Assembly: GCA_963735805.1 (NCBI GenBank)
Contig: CAVTMK010000004.1
Coordinates: 64,001-128,000, forward strand
From: an uncultured Verrucomicrobiae bacterium
GTDB taxonomy: Bacteria > Verrucomicrobiota > Verrucomicrobiia > Chthoniobacterales > UBA10450
Direction of reading: 5' to 3'
Length of the DNA: 64,000 nt
The position numbers and the translations under genes were made by a program. Positions 19,712 through 30,735 of the stretch are shown here, piece by piece (position 1 is the first letter of the stretch; every line of letters starts with the position of its first letter). A model generated the notes under the pieces. The model was not told where the DNA came from. It ran no database searches and worked only from the letters and a program-made list of their open reading frames with translations.

Positions 19712-20611
19712 ATGAACGTCTTGATCGTTAAACTTGGCGCTACTGGTGATGTTGTTCGCACGACGCCTCTGCTGCGTCGATTAAGCGGTTCGGTCACATG
19801 GATCACAGCCGCGAAGAATTCTGTTTTGCTGGACGGACTGTCGGACAACATGCGTCATTTTTCGTGGGAAGAGCGCGCGAGAGCATTAGATATTCCCTAC
19901 GACCTTGCCATAAATCTGGAAGACACACTCGAGATAGCCATGTTTCTGAAGAGTGTCCGGCCAGCCGAGATTTTCGGTGCTTACCTGGACTCGTCTCAGC
20001 ACTTGCGTTATACGGACAACTCGAAGTGCTGGTTTGATCTCAGTCTGATCAGTTCCCATGGCCGGTCGGAGGCTGATCGGCTGAAGCTCCTTAATCGGCA
20101 GACATATCAGGAGCTGGTTTTTAAGGGACTTGGGTTCGATTTTGCAGGTGAGACCTATTTGTTGCCGCAACCGATTGAAACCGGGCTATCAGGCGATGTT
20201 GCCATAGCAGCCGATGCCGGACCTGTCTGGCCGATGAAGAGATGGGCTTACTACGAGCAATTAAAACGACACTTGGAAGATAGCGGGTTGATCGTCAATG
20301 TACTGCCGAAAAGGTCATCGCTGCTCGAACATCTGGCCGATGTCCGAAACCACTGCTGCCTGGTTGGCGGTGATAGCCTGCCGATGCATTTGGCGCTAGG
20401 GACTGGTACGCGGTGCGTGACCCTCTTTACGTGCACGAGCCCTTGGGAAATTTATGACTATGGGATTCAAAAAAAGATCGTTTCCCCGCTGCTGGAAGAG
20501 TTTTTCTACAAACGGGGATACGATAAGCGCGCGACAAGCGCTATTTCAGTAGATGAGGTGCTAAGCGCAGTCATGAGCCAGTTGGACGTAGCGATTCGTG
20601 CCGTCAAATGA
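19712..20611 (+). CDS. Glycosyltransferase family 9 (heptosyltransferase-like)
   Basis: LIVKLGATGDVVRTTPLL, WPMKRW, GDSLPMHLA. Confidence 0.88.
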   Translation: MNVLIVKLGATGDVVRTTPLLRRLSGSVTWITAAKNSVLLDGLSDNMRHFSWEERARALDIPYDLAINLEDTLEIAMFLKSVRPAEIFGAYLDSSQHLRYTDNSKCWFDLSLISSHGRSEADRLKLLNRQTYQELVFKGLGFDFAGETYLLPQPIETGLSGDVAIAADAGPVWPMKRWAYYEQLKRHLEDSGLIVNVLPKRSSLLEHLADVRNHCCLVGGDSLPMHLALGTGTRCVTLFTCTSPWEIYDYGIQKKIVSPLLEEFFYKRGYDKRATSAISVDEVLSAVMSQLDVAIRAVK

Positions 20612-21920
20612 TGCCACTCACCGAACAGACACCAGAAATCAGACATCAAGGGCCATCCCCATCTACGCCCTCAGATGTCGCTTTGTCCGCTTCGGCACCC
20701 CGTAGCTTACGCGCAGGCGGCTCATCAGCCCCACACCCTCGCCCACTTCAGGTTGCCCTTCTCACCGGCGGCGGAGACAAGCCCTATGCCCTCGGAATGG
20801 CAGCTGCGCTCACGTCAGAAGGCATCTCCGTTGATTTTATCGGCAGCGACGATTTGAGCGTCCCGGAGCTACTAACTAATCGTCGAGTGAACTTTCTTAA
20901 TTTGCGAGGGGACCAGAATCCCAAGACGAGACCGATCCAAAAGATGGCCAGAGTCTTGGCATACTACTGGCGTCTCGTCCGGTACAGCGCCGGAGCGAAG
21001 CCGAAGATTTTTCACATTCTCTGGAATAATAAGTTCCAGCTCTTCGACTGCACGTTGTTGATGCTCTATTACAAACTGCTGCGTAAGCGCATTGTATTCA
21101 CCGTGCATAATGTGAACGCGGGTAAGCGGGATTCCAACGATTCGTGGCTCAATCGGCTTTCACTGAAAGTTCAGTATCACTTGAGCGACCACCTCTTCGT
21201 TCACACCGACGGAATGAAACGCGAGATGATCTCCGAGTTTCACATTCCCGAGAGCAAGGTCAGCGTTATTCCATTTGGGATTAATAACACAGTTCCAAAT
21301 ACTGGCCTCTCGAGCACGGAAGCGAAGCGGCGGTTGAACGTGAGCAGCGGCGATAAAACCATGCTGTTTTTTGGAAACATCGCCCCCTATAAAGGGCTTG
21401 AGTACCTGATAGCAGCCTTCTCTGCACTCTTAGAAAAAGACCGCAGGTATTGCCTGTTAATTGTGGGAAGACCGAAGGGGGAACAGACTTACTGGAATGA
21501 AATTCGGCGGACCATTATCAGTGGTAACATTGGTGATCGCGTCATCGAGAAGATCGAGTACGTCCCTGACGAAGAGACGGAGCTATATTTCAAAGCGGCC
21601 GACGCTTTGGTTTTACCGTATGCACACGTGTTTCAGAGCGGCGTGCTATTCCTTGGCTATAATTTTGGACTACCCGCCATCGCCGCTGATGTAGCGAGCT
21701 TGAAGAACGAAATCGTCGAAGGCAAGACAGGCTTGGTGTTCCGGGCGCAGGATCCATTCGACCTGGCAAAAAGATTGATGAGTACTTCAAGAGCTTACTA
21801 TTCACCAACCTGGAAAACACGCGGCTTCAAATTAAACAGTATGCAAATGACCGATACTCGTGGAACAGGGTGGCCGAGATAACAACGGCTGTTTATTCCG
21901 ATCTCTTATCTTCTCGCTGA
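20608..21920 (+). CDS. Glycosyltransferase family 4, frameshift in A-run near 21770
   Basis: FFGNIAPYKGLE, LPY..FQSGV; shifted frame reads KIDEYFKS...YSWNRVAEITTAVYSDLLSSR* ending at 21920. Confidence 0.88.
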
Positions 21921-22025
21921 CTTCTGAAATCCAAGCGAAATTTTGCAAATCGTCCGATTTAATGTTTACACTGTTTAACCTTTTGAGGTTTTCCCACGCT
22001 CTTCGGTTCTCTGATTTCTGATCAC

Positions 22026-23045
22026 ATGGCGCCTCTGGTCTCCATCCTAATACCGGCGTACAACGCTCAGCCCTGGATCGCCGAATCGATTCGTTCGGCG
22101 CTTGGGCAAACATGGCCCAATAAAGAGGTCATCGTGGTTGATGACGGATCTACTGATCGCACGCTGCAAATAGCCCGGCAATTTGAGACGAAAGGAGTCC
22201 GCGTTGTTACGCAGCCAAATCAAGGAGCTGCTGCCGCGCGAAACACGGCATTTTCCTTAAGTAGCGGCGATTACATTCAATGGCTCGACGCAGACGACCT
22301 GCTTTCCCCACACAAGGTCACTCACCAGATGGAGCAAGCGGACCAGGCGAAAGACCGACGGATACTTTTTTCTTCGCCATGGGGTTCTTTCCGATATCGG
22401 CCAAGCAAAGCAAAATTTATTCCTAGTGCCCTCTGGTTCGACCTTGCCCCGACTGAATGGCTGATAAGAAAGTGGGAAGGACACCTGCATGTACAAACCG
22501 CCACTTGGCTCGTCAGCCGAGAGTTGACTGAGGCGGCCGGGCCCTGGGACCCCCGACTTGTGGTAGACGACGATGGCGAATATTTCGCTCGCGTAATTGA
22601 TGCCAGTAGTGGCATTCGGTTCATTCCAGACAGCAGAGTGTACTACCGTATTACGCCAAGCACTCGCCTAAGTCATATCGGCCGATCGGACAAGAAAATG
22701 GAAGCGCAAGTCCTTGCGATGAAGCTACAGATTGAATACCTGCGCGCCCGGGAAGACAGTGTCCGTGTTCGCGCGGCCTGCGTGACCTGCTTGCAGGATT
22801 GGTTGCCTAGTTTCTACCCGAACCGTCCTGACCTGGTACAGGAAGCACAACAACTTGCCGAGAGTCTGGGAGGCCGGCTTTCTCTTCCCAAGGTATCGTG
22901 GAAGTTTGCCTGGATTGAAAAGCTTTTTGGCTTCGCGGCTGCAAAGCAAACCCAATTGTACTACAATCAGACCAAGTGTTCCATGCTAAGAGCGTGGGAC
23001 AGGATGATGCATTCTCTTCAGCGTGACCCGAGCTTGCCCAGTTAA
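22026..23045 (+). CDS. Glycosyltransferase family 2
   Basis: VSILIPAYN, VVDDGSTD, NQGAAAARN, WLDADD. Confidence 0.93.
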   Translation: MAPLVSILIPAYNAQPWIAESIRSALGQTWPNKEVIVVDDGSTDRTLQIARQFETKGVRVVTQPNQGAAAARNTAFSLSSGDYIQWLDADDLLSPHKVTHQMEQADQAKDRRILFSSPWGSFRYRPSKAKFIPSALWFDLAPTEWLIRKWEGHLHVQTATWLVSRELTEAAGPWDPRLVVDDDGEYFARVIDASSGIRFIPDSRVYYRITPSTRLSHIGRSDKKMEAQVLAMKLQIEYLRAREDSVRVRAACVTCLQDWLPSFYPNRPDLVQEAQQLAESLGGRLSLPKVSWKFAWIEKLFGFAAAKQTQLYYNQTKCSMLRAWDRMMHSLQRDPSLPS

Positions 23046-23149
23046 GAAACGAGACCAGTCGTTTCCTGGGTAAGAAAGCGGCATTGATGAATATCAAACG
23101 CGCTATCGGCAGCGTGAGTCCAGTTAACCTGGATGTTCAAGAAATCGAC

Positions 23150-24757
23150 ATGACTACCAACAATAATTCGAGTGTGGCTCAAAGTGAGGCTATTTTGGTT
23201 GACGTGGCTCCGCGAGAAACAGGCGAACAGGATAGTGTGAGCAAACGGGTCGATCCCAACGACAAACATCTTAATACTGATCACCTCCTGGGTGATCTCA
23301 AGGGCCGAACCATCTCCGGGACTTTTATCACGGTCGCGGCGCAGGCAATCAAGTTCCTGTTAAACCTCGCGTTTATTATGGCGCTTGCGCGCCTGCTTAC
23401 ACCAAAGGATTTCGGCCTGTATGCCATGGTAACGACCATGATGGGTTTTCTCTGGATTTTTCAGGATATCGGGCTCTCTACAGCCACGGTGCAGCGGCAG
23501 GAGATTAACCACGCACAGGTGTCCAATCTGTTCTGGGTAAACGTTGGTGTGGGTGGTCTTGTTACACTGGTCGTTGCTGCATCGGCACCGGCAATCGCAT
23601 GGTTTTATCGCGAACCACGGCTTGTAAATATCACGCTCGCGCTTTCAATTACCTTTCTCCTTACCACCTCGGCGGTTCAACACATTGCGTTGTTAAACCG
23701 GCAGATGCGTTTCGGCGCCATCGCGACCATCGAGGTTACTTGCGTGCTCGGCGGTTACTTGACTGGCATCGGCATGGCGCTATCCGGATACGGCTACTGG
23801 GCGCTGGTTGGCGCCAACCTGATGCAAGTCGTCATTAGGCTTGTGCTGTCCTGGTTACTTTCGGGCTGGCGGCCTCGATTATTCTCGCGGAATGCTCAAA
23901 CTCGACACCTGCTGAGTTTCGGAGCAAACATCACGATTGGGAACCTGATAAACACGCTTGCTCGCGGTTTGGATAATGTTTTGATCGGCCGCTTTTTCGG
24001 TCCAGTGGCCGTTGGCCTGTATTCGAGAGCTTCCATCCTTCTCATGCGACCGCTGGAACAATTCACGATGCCAATCAATGCCGTGCTGATTCCGGCCCTG
24101 TCGCGGGTCCAAACCGAACCGGAACGATACCGTCGCACCTTTCTTCGCGTGTACAATGCGATGGCGTTGGTAACCTTTCTTTTCACTGGTCTACTTCTAG
24201 CTCTTGCTCGTCCTCTGACTCTTGTGGTACTCGGGGCGAAATTCGAACAGGCAGTGCCTATCTTCGCTGGCTTTACCATTGCGGCCCTTTGGGTTCCTCT
24301 GACGGGAGCCTCAACCTGGCTATTCCAAACTCAGGGGCGAGGCAAAGATTGGCTGTTCGCCAGCTTGCTCTGTTCCAGTATCACGATCGCCTCCTTTATT
24401 GTCGGTCTACCGTTTGGTCCTGTCGGACTCGCGATTTCTTTCTCCACAGCCGGACTTTTATTCGGGACGCCGGCTGTTTACTATTTTGCCGGACGGAGTG
24501 GCCCTGTAACTACGGCGGATTTGTGGTCTGGGATTTTCCGCTACATTCCGCTTTGGATAGTCGTCTGCGGCGTGACATGGCTGGTGCGCCTCCCTCTCGT
24601 GAACTCACGCCCATTCGTGCAAGTGCTCGTCAGCGCTCCCATTGGGCTTTTTGCTGGAGCGATCTTAATTTTGGTTGTACCTGCGATGCGTCGAGTGGCG
24701 TTTTCGCTCATTGATATTCTCCTGGAACTGAAATCCCGGACTTTTAATGCAAAATAG
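23150..24757 (+). CDS. wzx: Wzx polysaccharide flippase (PST family)
   Basis: LARLLTPKDFGL, DIGLSTATVQ, G.Y.RA motifs; many TM helices. Confidence 0.9.
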   Translation: MTTNNNSSVAQSEAILVDVAPRETGEQDSVSKRVDPNDKHLNTDHLLGDLKGRTISGTFITVAAQAIKFLLNLAFIMALARLLTPKDFGLYAMVTTMMGFLWIFQDIGLSTATVQRQEINHAQVSNLFWVNVGVGGLVTLVVAASAPAIAWFYREPRLVNITLALSITFLLTTSAVQHIALLNRQMRFGAIATIEVTCVLGGYLTGIGMALSGYGYWALVGANLMQVVIRLVLSWLLSGWRPRLFSRNAQTRHLLSFGANITIGNLINTLARGLDNVLIGRFFGPVAVGLYSRASILLMRPLEQFTMPINAVLIPALSRVQTEPERYRRTFLRVYNAMALVTFLFTGLLLALARPLTLVVLGAKFEQAVPIFAGFTIAALWVPLTGASTWLFQTQGRGKDWLFASLLCSSITIASFIVGLPFGPVGLAISFSTAGLLFGTPAVYYFAGRSGPVTTADLWSGIFRYIPLWIVVCGVTWLVRLPLVNSRPFVQVLVSAPIGLFAGAILILVVPAMRRVAFSLIDILLELKSRTFNAK

Positions 24758-25505
24758 CGTTAGTGCGTCTGTTCCATTGGCACAGCCCAAACCGCGCCGC
24801 GCGATATGGGGATTGTTTGATCGCAGGGAGCGGTGGTCGCTTTCCTGGCGCGGCAGGCTGATTGTCATTTCCGCTCTTTTGCTCCTCAGCGTGCTTGTTT
24901 TGAAGGCCGTTTACCCATTTCTTGCGATAACCCACCGCGTCGATGCGAATATCCTTGTAGTCGAGGGGTGGATAAATGAGTATGCAATTCGGGCGGCAGT
25001 AAAGGAATTCCAGGATAACCGCTATCAACGCGTTTTTGCGACAGGGGGACCGGTGGAAGGCACGGGAGGGTACACCAACGACTTCATGACCTCGGCCAGT
25101 GTTGGGGCGGATCTTTTGAAAAAAGCAGGCGTGCCGGAGCAATCGTTGCAGATGGTGCCATCCCGTGTGATGGACCGCGACAGAACGTACGGTTCGGCGG
25201 TTGCGCTGCGGAACTGGTTTCGCGACCATAACATGGTGGTGTCTGGCATCAATGTCGTTACCGAAGATGTACACGCGCGCCGCACGCGCCTGCTCTTCCA
25301 AAAAGCGCTCGGAAAGAACGTACCCGTTGGGATCATCGCCGTAGCGAACGCGGATTATCCCGCGAACGAATGGTGGCATTACAGCCAGGGTCTTAAAACT
25401 GTAGTTAGTGAGTTCGCGGCTTATTTATACGCCAGGTTTTTGTTCTTCCCGTCGCAACCGACGCATCCAGGTCAGGCGTCTCCGCTCTCGCCAGTGCATG
25501 ATTGA
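24747..25505 (+). CDS. YdcF/ElyC (DUF218)-like protein
   Basis: N-terminal TM, ILVVEGW, ATGG, RT..SA, VVT...HARR. Confidence 0.75.
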   Translation: MQNSVSASVPLAQPKPRRAIWGLFDRRERWSLSWRGRLIVISALLLLSVLVLKAVYPFLAITHRVDANILVVEGWINEYAIRAAVKEFQDNRYQRVFATGGPVEGTGGYTNDFMTSASVGADLLKKAGVPEQSLQMVPSRVMDRDRTYGSAVALRNWFRDHNMVVSGINVVTEDVHARRTRLLFQKALGKNVPVGIIAVANADYPANEWWHYSQGLKTVVSEFAAYLYARFLFFPSQPTHPGQASPLSPVHD

Positions 25506-25508
25506 AAA

Positions 25509-26795
25509 ATGAAAATCGCTGTTATCGGTCTTGGCTATGTCGGGTTGCCGCTGTCGCTCCAGTTCGCGCGCTCGCACGTGGATGTAATGGGAATCGATGT
25601 TGATCCCCAAAAAGTGGACTTGCTGAAAAACGGGCAAAGCTACATCAAACATATTGAAGGATCGGCCGTCTCGGAATTAGTCAGTTCAGGGAAGTTTTCG
25701 GCGTCGACGGACTTCAGTCGCATCAAAGAGGTTGAAGCGATCATCATTTGCGTGCCCACGCCGCTTAGCAAAAATCGAGAGCCGGACACCTCGTTCGTTC
25801 TCGAGACAGGTCGAAGAATTGCGCCATACCTCTCCAAAGGGGCGTTAGTCGTCCTGGAATCGACGACTTATCCCGGGACAACTGACACCGATCTCCGCGC
25901 CGTCCTTGAGGAAGGATCGGGAATAAAAGCGGGGAAAGATTTTCACCTGGCCTTTTCACCGGAGCGAGAAGATCCGGCGAACGAACAGAGCAAGGTCAAG
26001 TCGATTCCGAAAGTTGTAGGAGGCTACACTCCAACCTGCCTCGACCGCGCGATGGCGCTGTACGGTAAGGCGATCGACACTCTTGTGCCGGTCTCTTCGT
26101 GTAGCGTGGCCGAAGCTACGAAGTTACTCGAGAATATTTTCCGGAGCGTCAATATTGCGCTGGTTAATGAGCTCAAGGTGGTTTATGCCGCCATGGGGAT
26201 TGACATCTGGGAAGTAATTGAAGCGGCGAAGACCAAGCCGTTTGGGTTCATGCCATTTTATCCCGGACCCGGTCTTGGCGGGCATTGCATCCCGATCGAT
26301 CCATTTTACCTGACATGGAAGGCTCACGAATACGGCCAGCATACGCGTTTCATTGAACTTGCGGGTGAGATCAACACACGAATGCCCGAGCATGTTGTGC
26401 ACAGGATTGCAGATGCTCTCAACACGCAATGCAAAGCTATCAACGGCTCCAGGATCCTGATTCTGGGGTTAGCCTATAAGCCGAATGTCGATGATGAGCG
26501 GGAGTCCCCCAGTTACGTGTTGATGAAGTTGCTGTCGGAACGGGGTGCGGAGGTGGCTTATCACGATCCGTATGTGCCCGTAATCAAACCGACCCGCGAG
26601 CACTCGCAATTCGCCGGAAGAAAATCCGTCGAGTGGAACCGTGCAACGATAGAGAGCTTCGATGTTGTTCTCATCGCGACCAACCATTCATCGGTGAATT
26701 ACCATGACCTTGGCGAGTGGGCCCGTTGCATAGTGGACACCCGAAACGCCATGGCTGGCGTGCCGGTCTTGCGGGGAAAAGTGTGGAAGGCATAG
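25509..26795 (+). CDS. UDP-N-acetylhexosamine dehydrogenase (WbpA/WecC-like)
   Basis: GLGYVGLP, CVPTP, ESTTYPGTT, SPEREDP, GGHCIPIDP. Confidence 0.93.
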   Translation: MKIAVIGLGYVGLPLSLQFARSHVDVMGIDVDPQKVDLLKNGQSYIKHIEGSAVSELVSSGKFSASTDFSRIKEVEAIIICVPTPLSKNREPDTSFVLETGRRIAPYLSKGALVVLESTTYPGTTDTDLRAVLEEGSGIKAGKDFHLAFSPEREDPANEQSKVKSIPKVVGGYTPTCLDRAMALYGKAIDTLVPVSSCSVAEATKLLENIFRSVNIALVNELKVVYAAMGIDIWEVIEAAKTKPFGFMPFYPGPGLGGHCIPIDPFYLTWKAHEYGQHTRFIELAGEINTRMPEHVVHRIADALNTQCKAINGSRILILGLAYKPNVDDERESPSYVLMKLLSERGAEVAYHDPYVPVIKPTREHSQFAGRKSVEWNRATIESFDVVLIATNHSSVNYHDLGEWARCIVDTRNAMAGVPVLRGKVWKA

Positions 26796-26959
26796 AACGC
26801 ACCCCGGACGTCCCTCAGTTCAGGCTTTTGTCCCCTCAAACGGCGACCCAAAACCCCTGCTCAAAAAAAGAGTGGAAGGGACAAAAAAAATGCTTGTCAT
26901 GAAAATTCATTCTGGTACGAACGACGGCGTTAGGCTTTCACTCTCAAGAAGCCTCCGTC

Positions 26960-29201
26960 ATGAAACGACTTGGAATCGTCTTCTTTACTCTAATTTTCAG
27001 CGGTTTTTTGGCTCCGCTGTGTCGGGCCGCGATTTACCAATCTAATGGGACGGCAGCCAGCGTTCAGTCTATTCACAACAACCAGGCCCAAAACGGCGAC
27101 ACGATCACGATTCCAGCCGGCACGTTTACATGGTCAACTGGGATTACAATAACCAAGGCGATCACCCTCCAAGGTGCAGGAGTAGGCGCCACAGTTGTCA
27201 GGGACGGCTTGCAATCCGGTCAACTCATTCAGGTCACGCTCGCCGCTGCAATCTAACGCGCATCACCGGGATTGAATTTCAGGACGGAGGCCGAACGAAC
27301 AGGGCATCTGACATATTGCGTGTTGTCGGTTCAAACACCGACGGCTCGAAATTTCGTTTTGACCATTGTAAATGGAACAACATGAACGGTGCGTCGGTAT
27401 TCGATACGGTAATCGGAGTAATAGATCACAACGCGTTCGTAATCGACAGGACTGGCCTGCCAATCAATATCTACGACTCCTATTGGAACGGACTAACCCT
27501 GGGTGACGGTTCGTGGGCGGCGCCGACTGGCTTTGGCTCATCGCAGTTCTTGTTCATCGAGGATAACACCTTTACGCACAGCGACCAATCCCAAAAAGGC
27601 GTTACAGATTCCTACGGAGGAGGGCGGTTTGTCGTCAGGCACAACAATATTTTCAACGGCCTCATATCTAATCACGGCACTGAAAGCACAGGACGCGTCC
27701 GCGGCGGCAGGGCAATGGAAGTGTATAACAATACATTTACCGGAACGGATCTTAACAGGTTCGTAGGCGGCGTACGCTCAGGAGGGGTGCTGTTTCACGA
27801 CAACAGCGTTAGCGGATATTGGGGCGATTCAGCGACGTTTACACTTGAAAATTTCCGAAACTTCTACCCGTTTGACCCCTGGGGCGGCGCTGACGGGACA
27901 AATGCATGGGATGTGAACGAGCCGAACGCATTCTTCACGGGGACGGCGGCGTCCAATAGCTCGAACAGAACCGTGACCGTCTCCGGCGTTAACTGGACAA
28001 CGAACTACTGGGCCGGATATGCTGTCAGGCGCACCAGCGATGTTTGCAGCTCAGGCAGCATTAGTTTCAGCGAGATTCTGAGCAACACATCGAACACGAT
28101 CACTTACTCGGATGACGGCTGGTTATCCGACACCGCCAGCCATGTCCTTCTGCGCAGGCGATTCACTTGAGATTCGTAAGGTAGTTCACGCCCTGGATCA
28201 GCCCGGTCGGGCGCTCGGTTCTTTGATTACTGGCAACCCGCCAGTTCGACCTACCGGATGGAACAACCAAGTGACCGAACCGTGCTACTCGTGGAATAAC
28301 ACGACTGGTAACGCACAAGTCAATTTTAGCGCAGGCCCGGGTGTCAGAGCCAATGTGCATTACTTTAACATACGCGTCGATGCCTGGCTATACGCCTTAC
28401 ACTTACCCACATCCATTAGTGTCAGGAGGAGGTGGTGGTGGGGTTGCGTTGCGAGCGGCAGTAACCGACTTTAACAGCGACGGCCACCCGGATTATATCC
28501 TTCGGAACGCCGGCACGGGTCAAACGGCTATCTGGTACTTAAACAACAATTTTTACGTCAGCGGCGCGTATGGCCCGACTCTCGTGCCTGGTTGGTCGCT
28601 ACGGGCGATGGCAGATTTCAACCTCGACAGTCATTCAGATTATGCACTGTTTGCCCCTGGCACGAATCAAACAGCACTGTGGTATTTATCTGGCCCAACG
28701 TTCATCGGAAGCGCTTACGGGCCGACTCTTCCGAATGGATGGGAATTTATTGGTGCGGCCGATTTTAACGGTGATAACAAACCGGATTACGTGCTTTACA
28801 ATGCCAACACTGGCCAAACAGCGGTTTGGTATATGAACAATAACGTTCACATAGGGAGTGGCTACGGGCCAACGATTCCGCCGGGTTGGGACCTGATTGG
28901 CGTAGGCGATTTTAACGGCGACGGCCACCCGGATTACGCCGTGATCATCAACAGCACTAACCAAACAGTGATCGGTTATTTATCAGGATTAACGCTGATT
29001 GGGGCTGCCCCGGGGCCAACTATTCCCGGGGGCTGGGCATTCGTAGCCGCCGCCGACTTTAATGGGGACGGCAAACCCGATTATGTGCTTTACAACGCTG
29101 GCCCTCGTCAAACAGCGATCTGGTATCTAAATAACAACGTCTTCGTCGGTTCCGCGTATGGTCCAACCCTTCCTAACGGCTGGAGCCTGACCGCGCCGTA
29201 A
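26960..29201 (+). CDS. Secreted beta-helix protein with C-terminal FG-GAP/VCBS repeat domain; frameshifted
   Basis: Signal peptide, AQNGDTITIPAGTFTW, beta-helix body, GGGGG linker, repeated DFNGDGxPDYVL..WY units; ORF pieces 26960-27256, 27130-28170, 28112-28474, 28341-29201. Confidence 0.8.
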
Positions 29202-29469
29202 CTGATCAGCTTATTTTGAGCGGCCTTTCCGCGTTTGCAGCGGTTTACGATTCTGACGGGGGATGAGATATGGGCATCTCATCGACCCTGGGTCCAGTAT
29301 GGAACCATGAAACAATGATCTGGTTTCTCGCAATAACTTCCCACGTACCCGGCGTTGGGCAGCGGTGGTGCGATGCGGTTCGATTTTCACCCGCAGGAGT
29401 CGATGAGGAAATATACGAATCAGCTGATATCGATCCGTATTTCTGTGCACAGCCATAAGCTATGAAAAT

Positions 29470-30648
29470 ATGCACACGCTGAACGACCAAGGTGGGGGAC
29501 GACACTTGTCCCAACCATCGGGGTCATCGCCTGCAGCTCGGGTTTGCATGCCAACCTGGAGAGGAGTCGCTCGCATGGCGTTTGAAGCGGCGAATTACGA
29601 AGCTGAGGATGTCTTCACGGAGGCTGATCACGTTGATCTCTTTCCACTGGAACCCGGCGTGGGCTTCAGGTTTAGAGAAAGATGCCAGCGTAGGCTCTTG
29701 TGGAGGGATGTGACTCGAACGCTGGCCTCCGTCAATCCCGGACTCCGTCCGGTCCGGCTTAGAAAGGAATACGACCTGTTTTTTTGCCGCTTCCAAACTC
29801 TTCGAGATGTGATTTACGTGAACGCCATGCAGGGTTGGAAGGATCGGTGCAGGACAAGCGTATGTTGGCTGGACGAATTGTATTCCGCCGAGGCGGTCCA
29901 TAGCCGAAATTACCTGCACATCCTGAAACGATTCGATCATGTGTTCGTTGGCTTCAAAGGCAGCGTAGACGCGATCAGCCAGGTAATTGGACGGCGTTGC
30001 CACTTCCTTCCCTATGGGGTTGACGCAATCCGTTTCAGCCCTTACCCGAACCCGCCGGCGCGGGTGATCGATGTTTACAGCCTGGGCCGTCGATTGGACG
30101 GTCTTCACCGGACGCTGCTTAAGTTCACGGCTGATCGGAACATGTTTTACGTTTATGAGACGCTCCAGGCTGGCGCGGAAAACCTGGTGTCCAACCATAG
30201 GCAGCACCGTGAATTACTGGCCAATCAGATCAAGCGGAGTCGATATTTTTTGGTTGCCCCTGGCAAGGTTAACCTGCCGCAGGAGACTCGAGGGCAAATT
30301 GAAGTGCCAGCTAGATTTTACGAGGGCGCGGCGGCAGGTGCCGTGATGATCGGCCAAGCCCCGGATTGTGAGCCGTTTCGCCAGCTTTTTGATTGGAAGG
30401 ACGCGGTTATTCCAATCGACCCCAATAGCTCCGATGTGGCGGACGTTTTGACTGAGCTTGCTGGTCAACCGGAGCGGCTCTGGGAAGCCAGCCGCCGGAA
30501 CGCCGCGGAAGCACTCCTTCGCCACGACTGGTCGTATCGCTGGAAAGAAATTCTTGCCATTGCCGGACTCGAACCCATGCCGCAGCTTGAGTTGCGGGAG
30601 AAACGACTGAAAGAACTGGCGGACATTGCAAGAAATTATCGATCGTAG
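29470..30648 (+). CDS. Glycosyltransferase (CgeB/Glyco_trans_1_2-like)
   Basis: LPYGVD, RFYEGAAAGAVMIG, RHDW..RW motifs. Confidence 0.75.
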   Translation: MHTLNDQGGGRHLSQPSGSSPAARVCMPTWRGVARMAFEAANYEAEDVFTEADHVDLFPLEPGVGFRFRERCQRRLLWRDVTRTLASVNPGLRPVRLRKEYDLFFCRFQTLRDVIYVNAMQGWKDRCRTSVCWLDELYSAEAVHSRNYLHILKRFDHVFVGFKGSVDAISQVIGRRCHFLPYGVDAIRFSPYPNPPARVIDVYSLGRRLDGLHRTLLKFTADRNMFYVYETLQAGAENLVSNHRQHRELLANQIKRSRYFLVAPGKVNLPQETRGQIEVPARFYEGAAAGAVMIGQAPDCEPFRQLFDWKDAVIPIDPNSSDVADVLTELAGQPERLWEASRRNAAEALLRHDWSYRWKEILAIAGLEPMPQLELREKRLKELADIARNYRS

Positions 30649-30735
30649 TGCCTTCCAGCGGGGGCGGTTGACAATGCACAGTACGTCCAACACAGGGGTC
30701 GCCAGCTAACTACAGCTCCCCCCCGTGCCACATGC

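Noticed and set aside
26826..26886. Inverted repeat TTTTGTCCC/GGGACAAAA
   Set aside because: Only 9 bp with a long loop; function cannot be supported.
29232..29458. Box-like CGT-N12-ACG and the 62-aa ORF 29270-29458
   Set aside because: Spacing is off by one, no sigma-54 core follows, and the ORF has no recognisable features.
30668..30700. Sigma-70 promoter from a perfect TTGACA
   Set aside because: No plausible -10 element at 16-18 bp.
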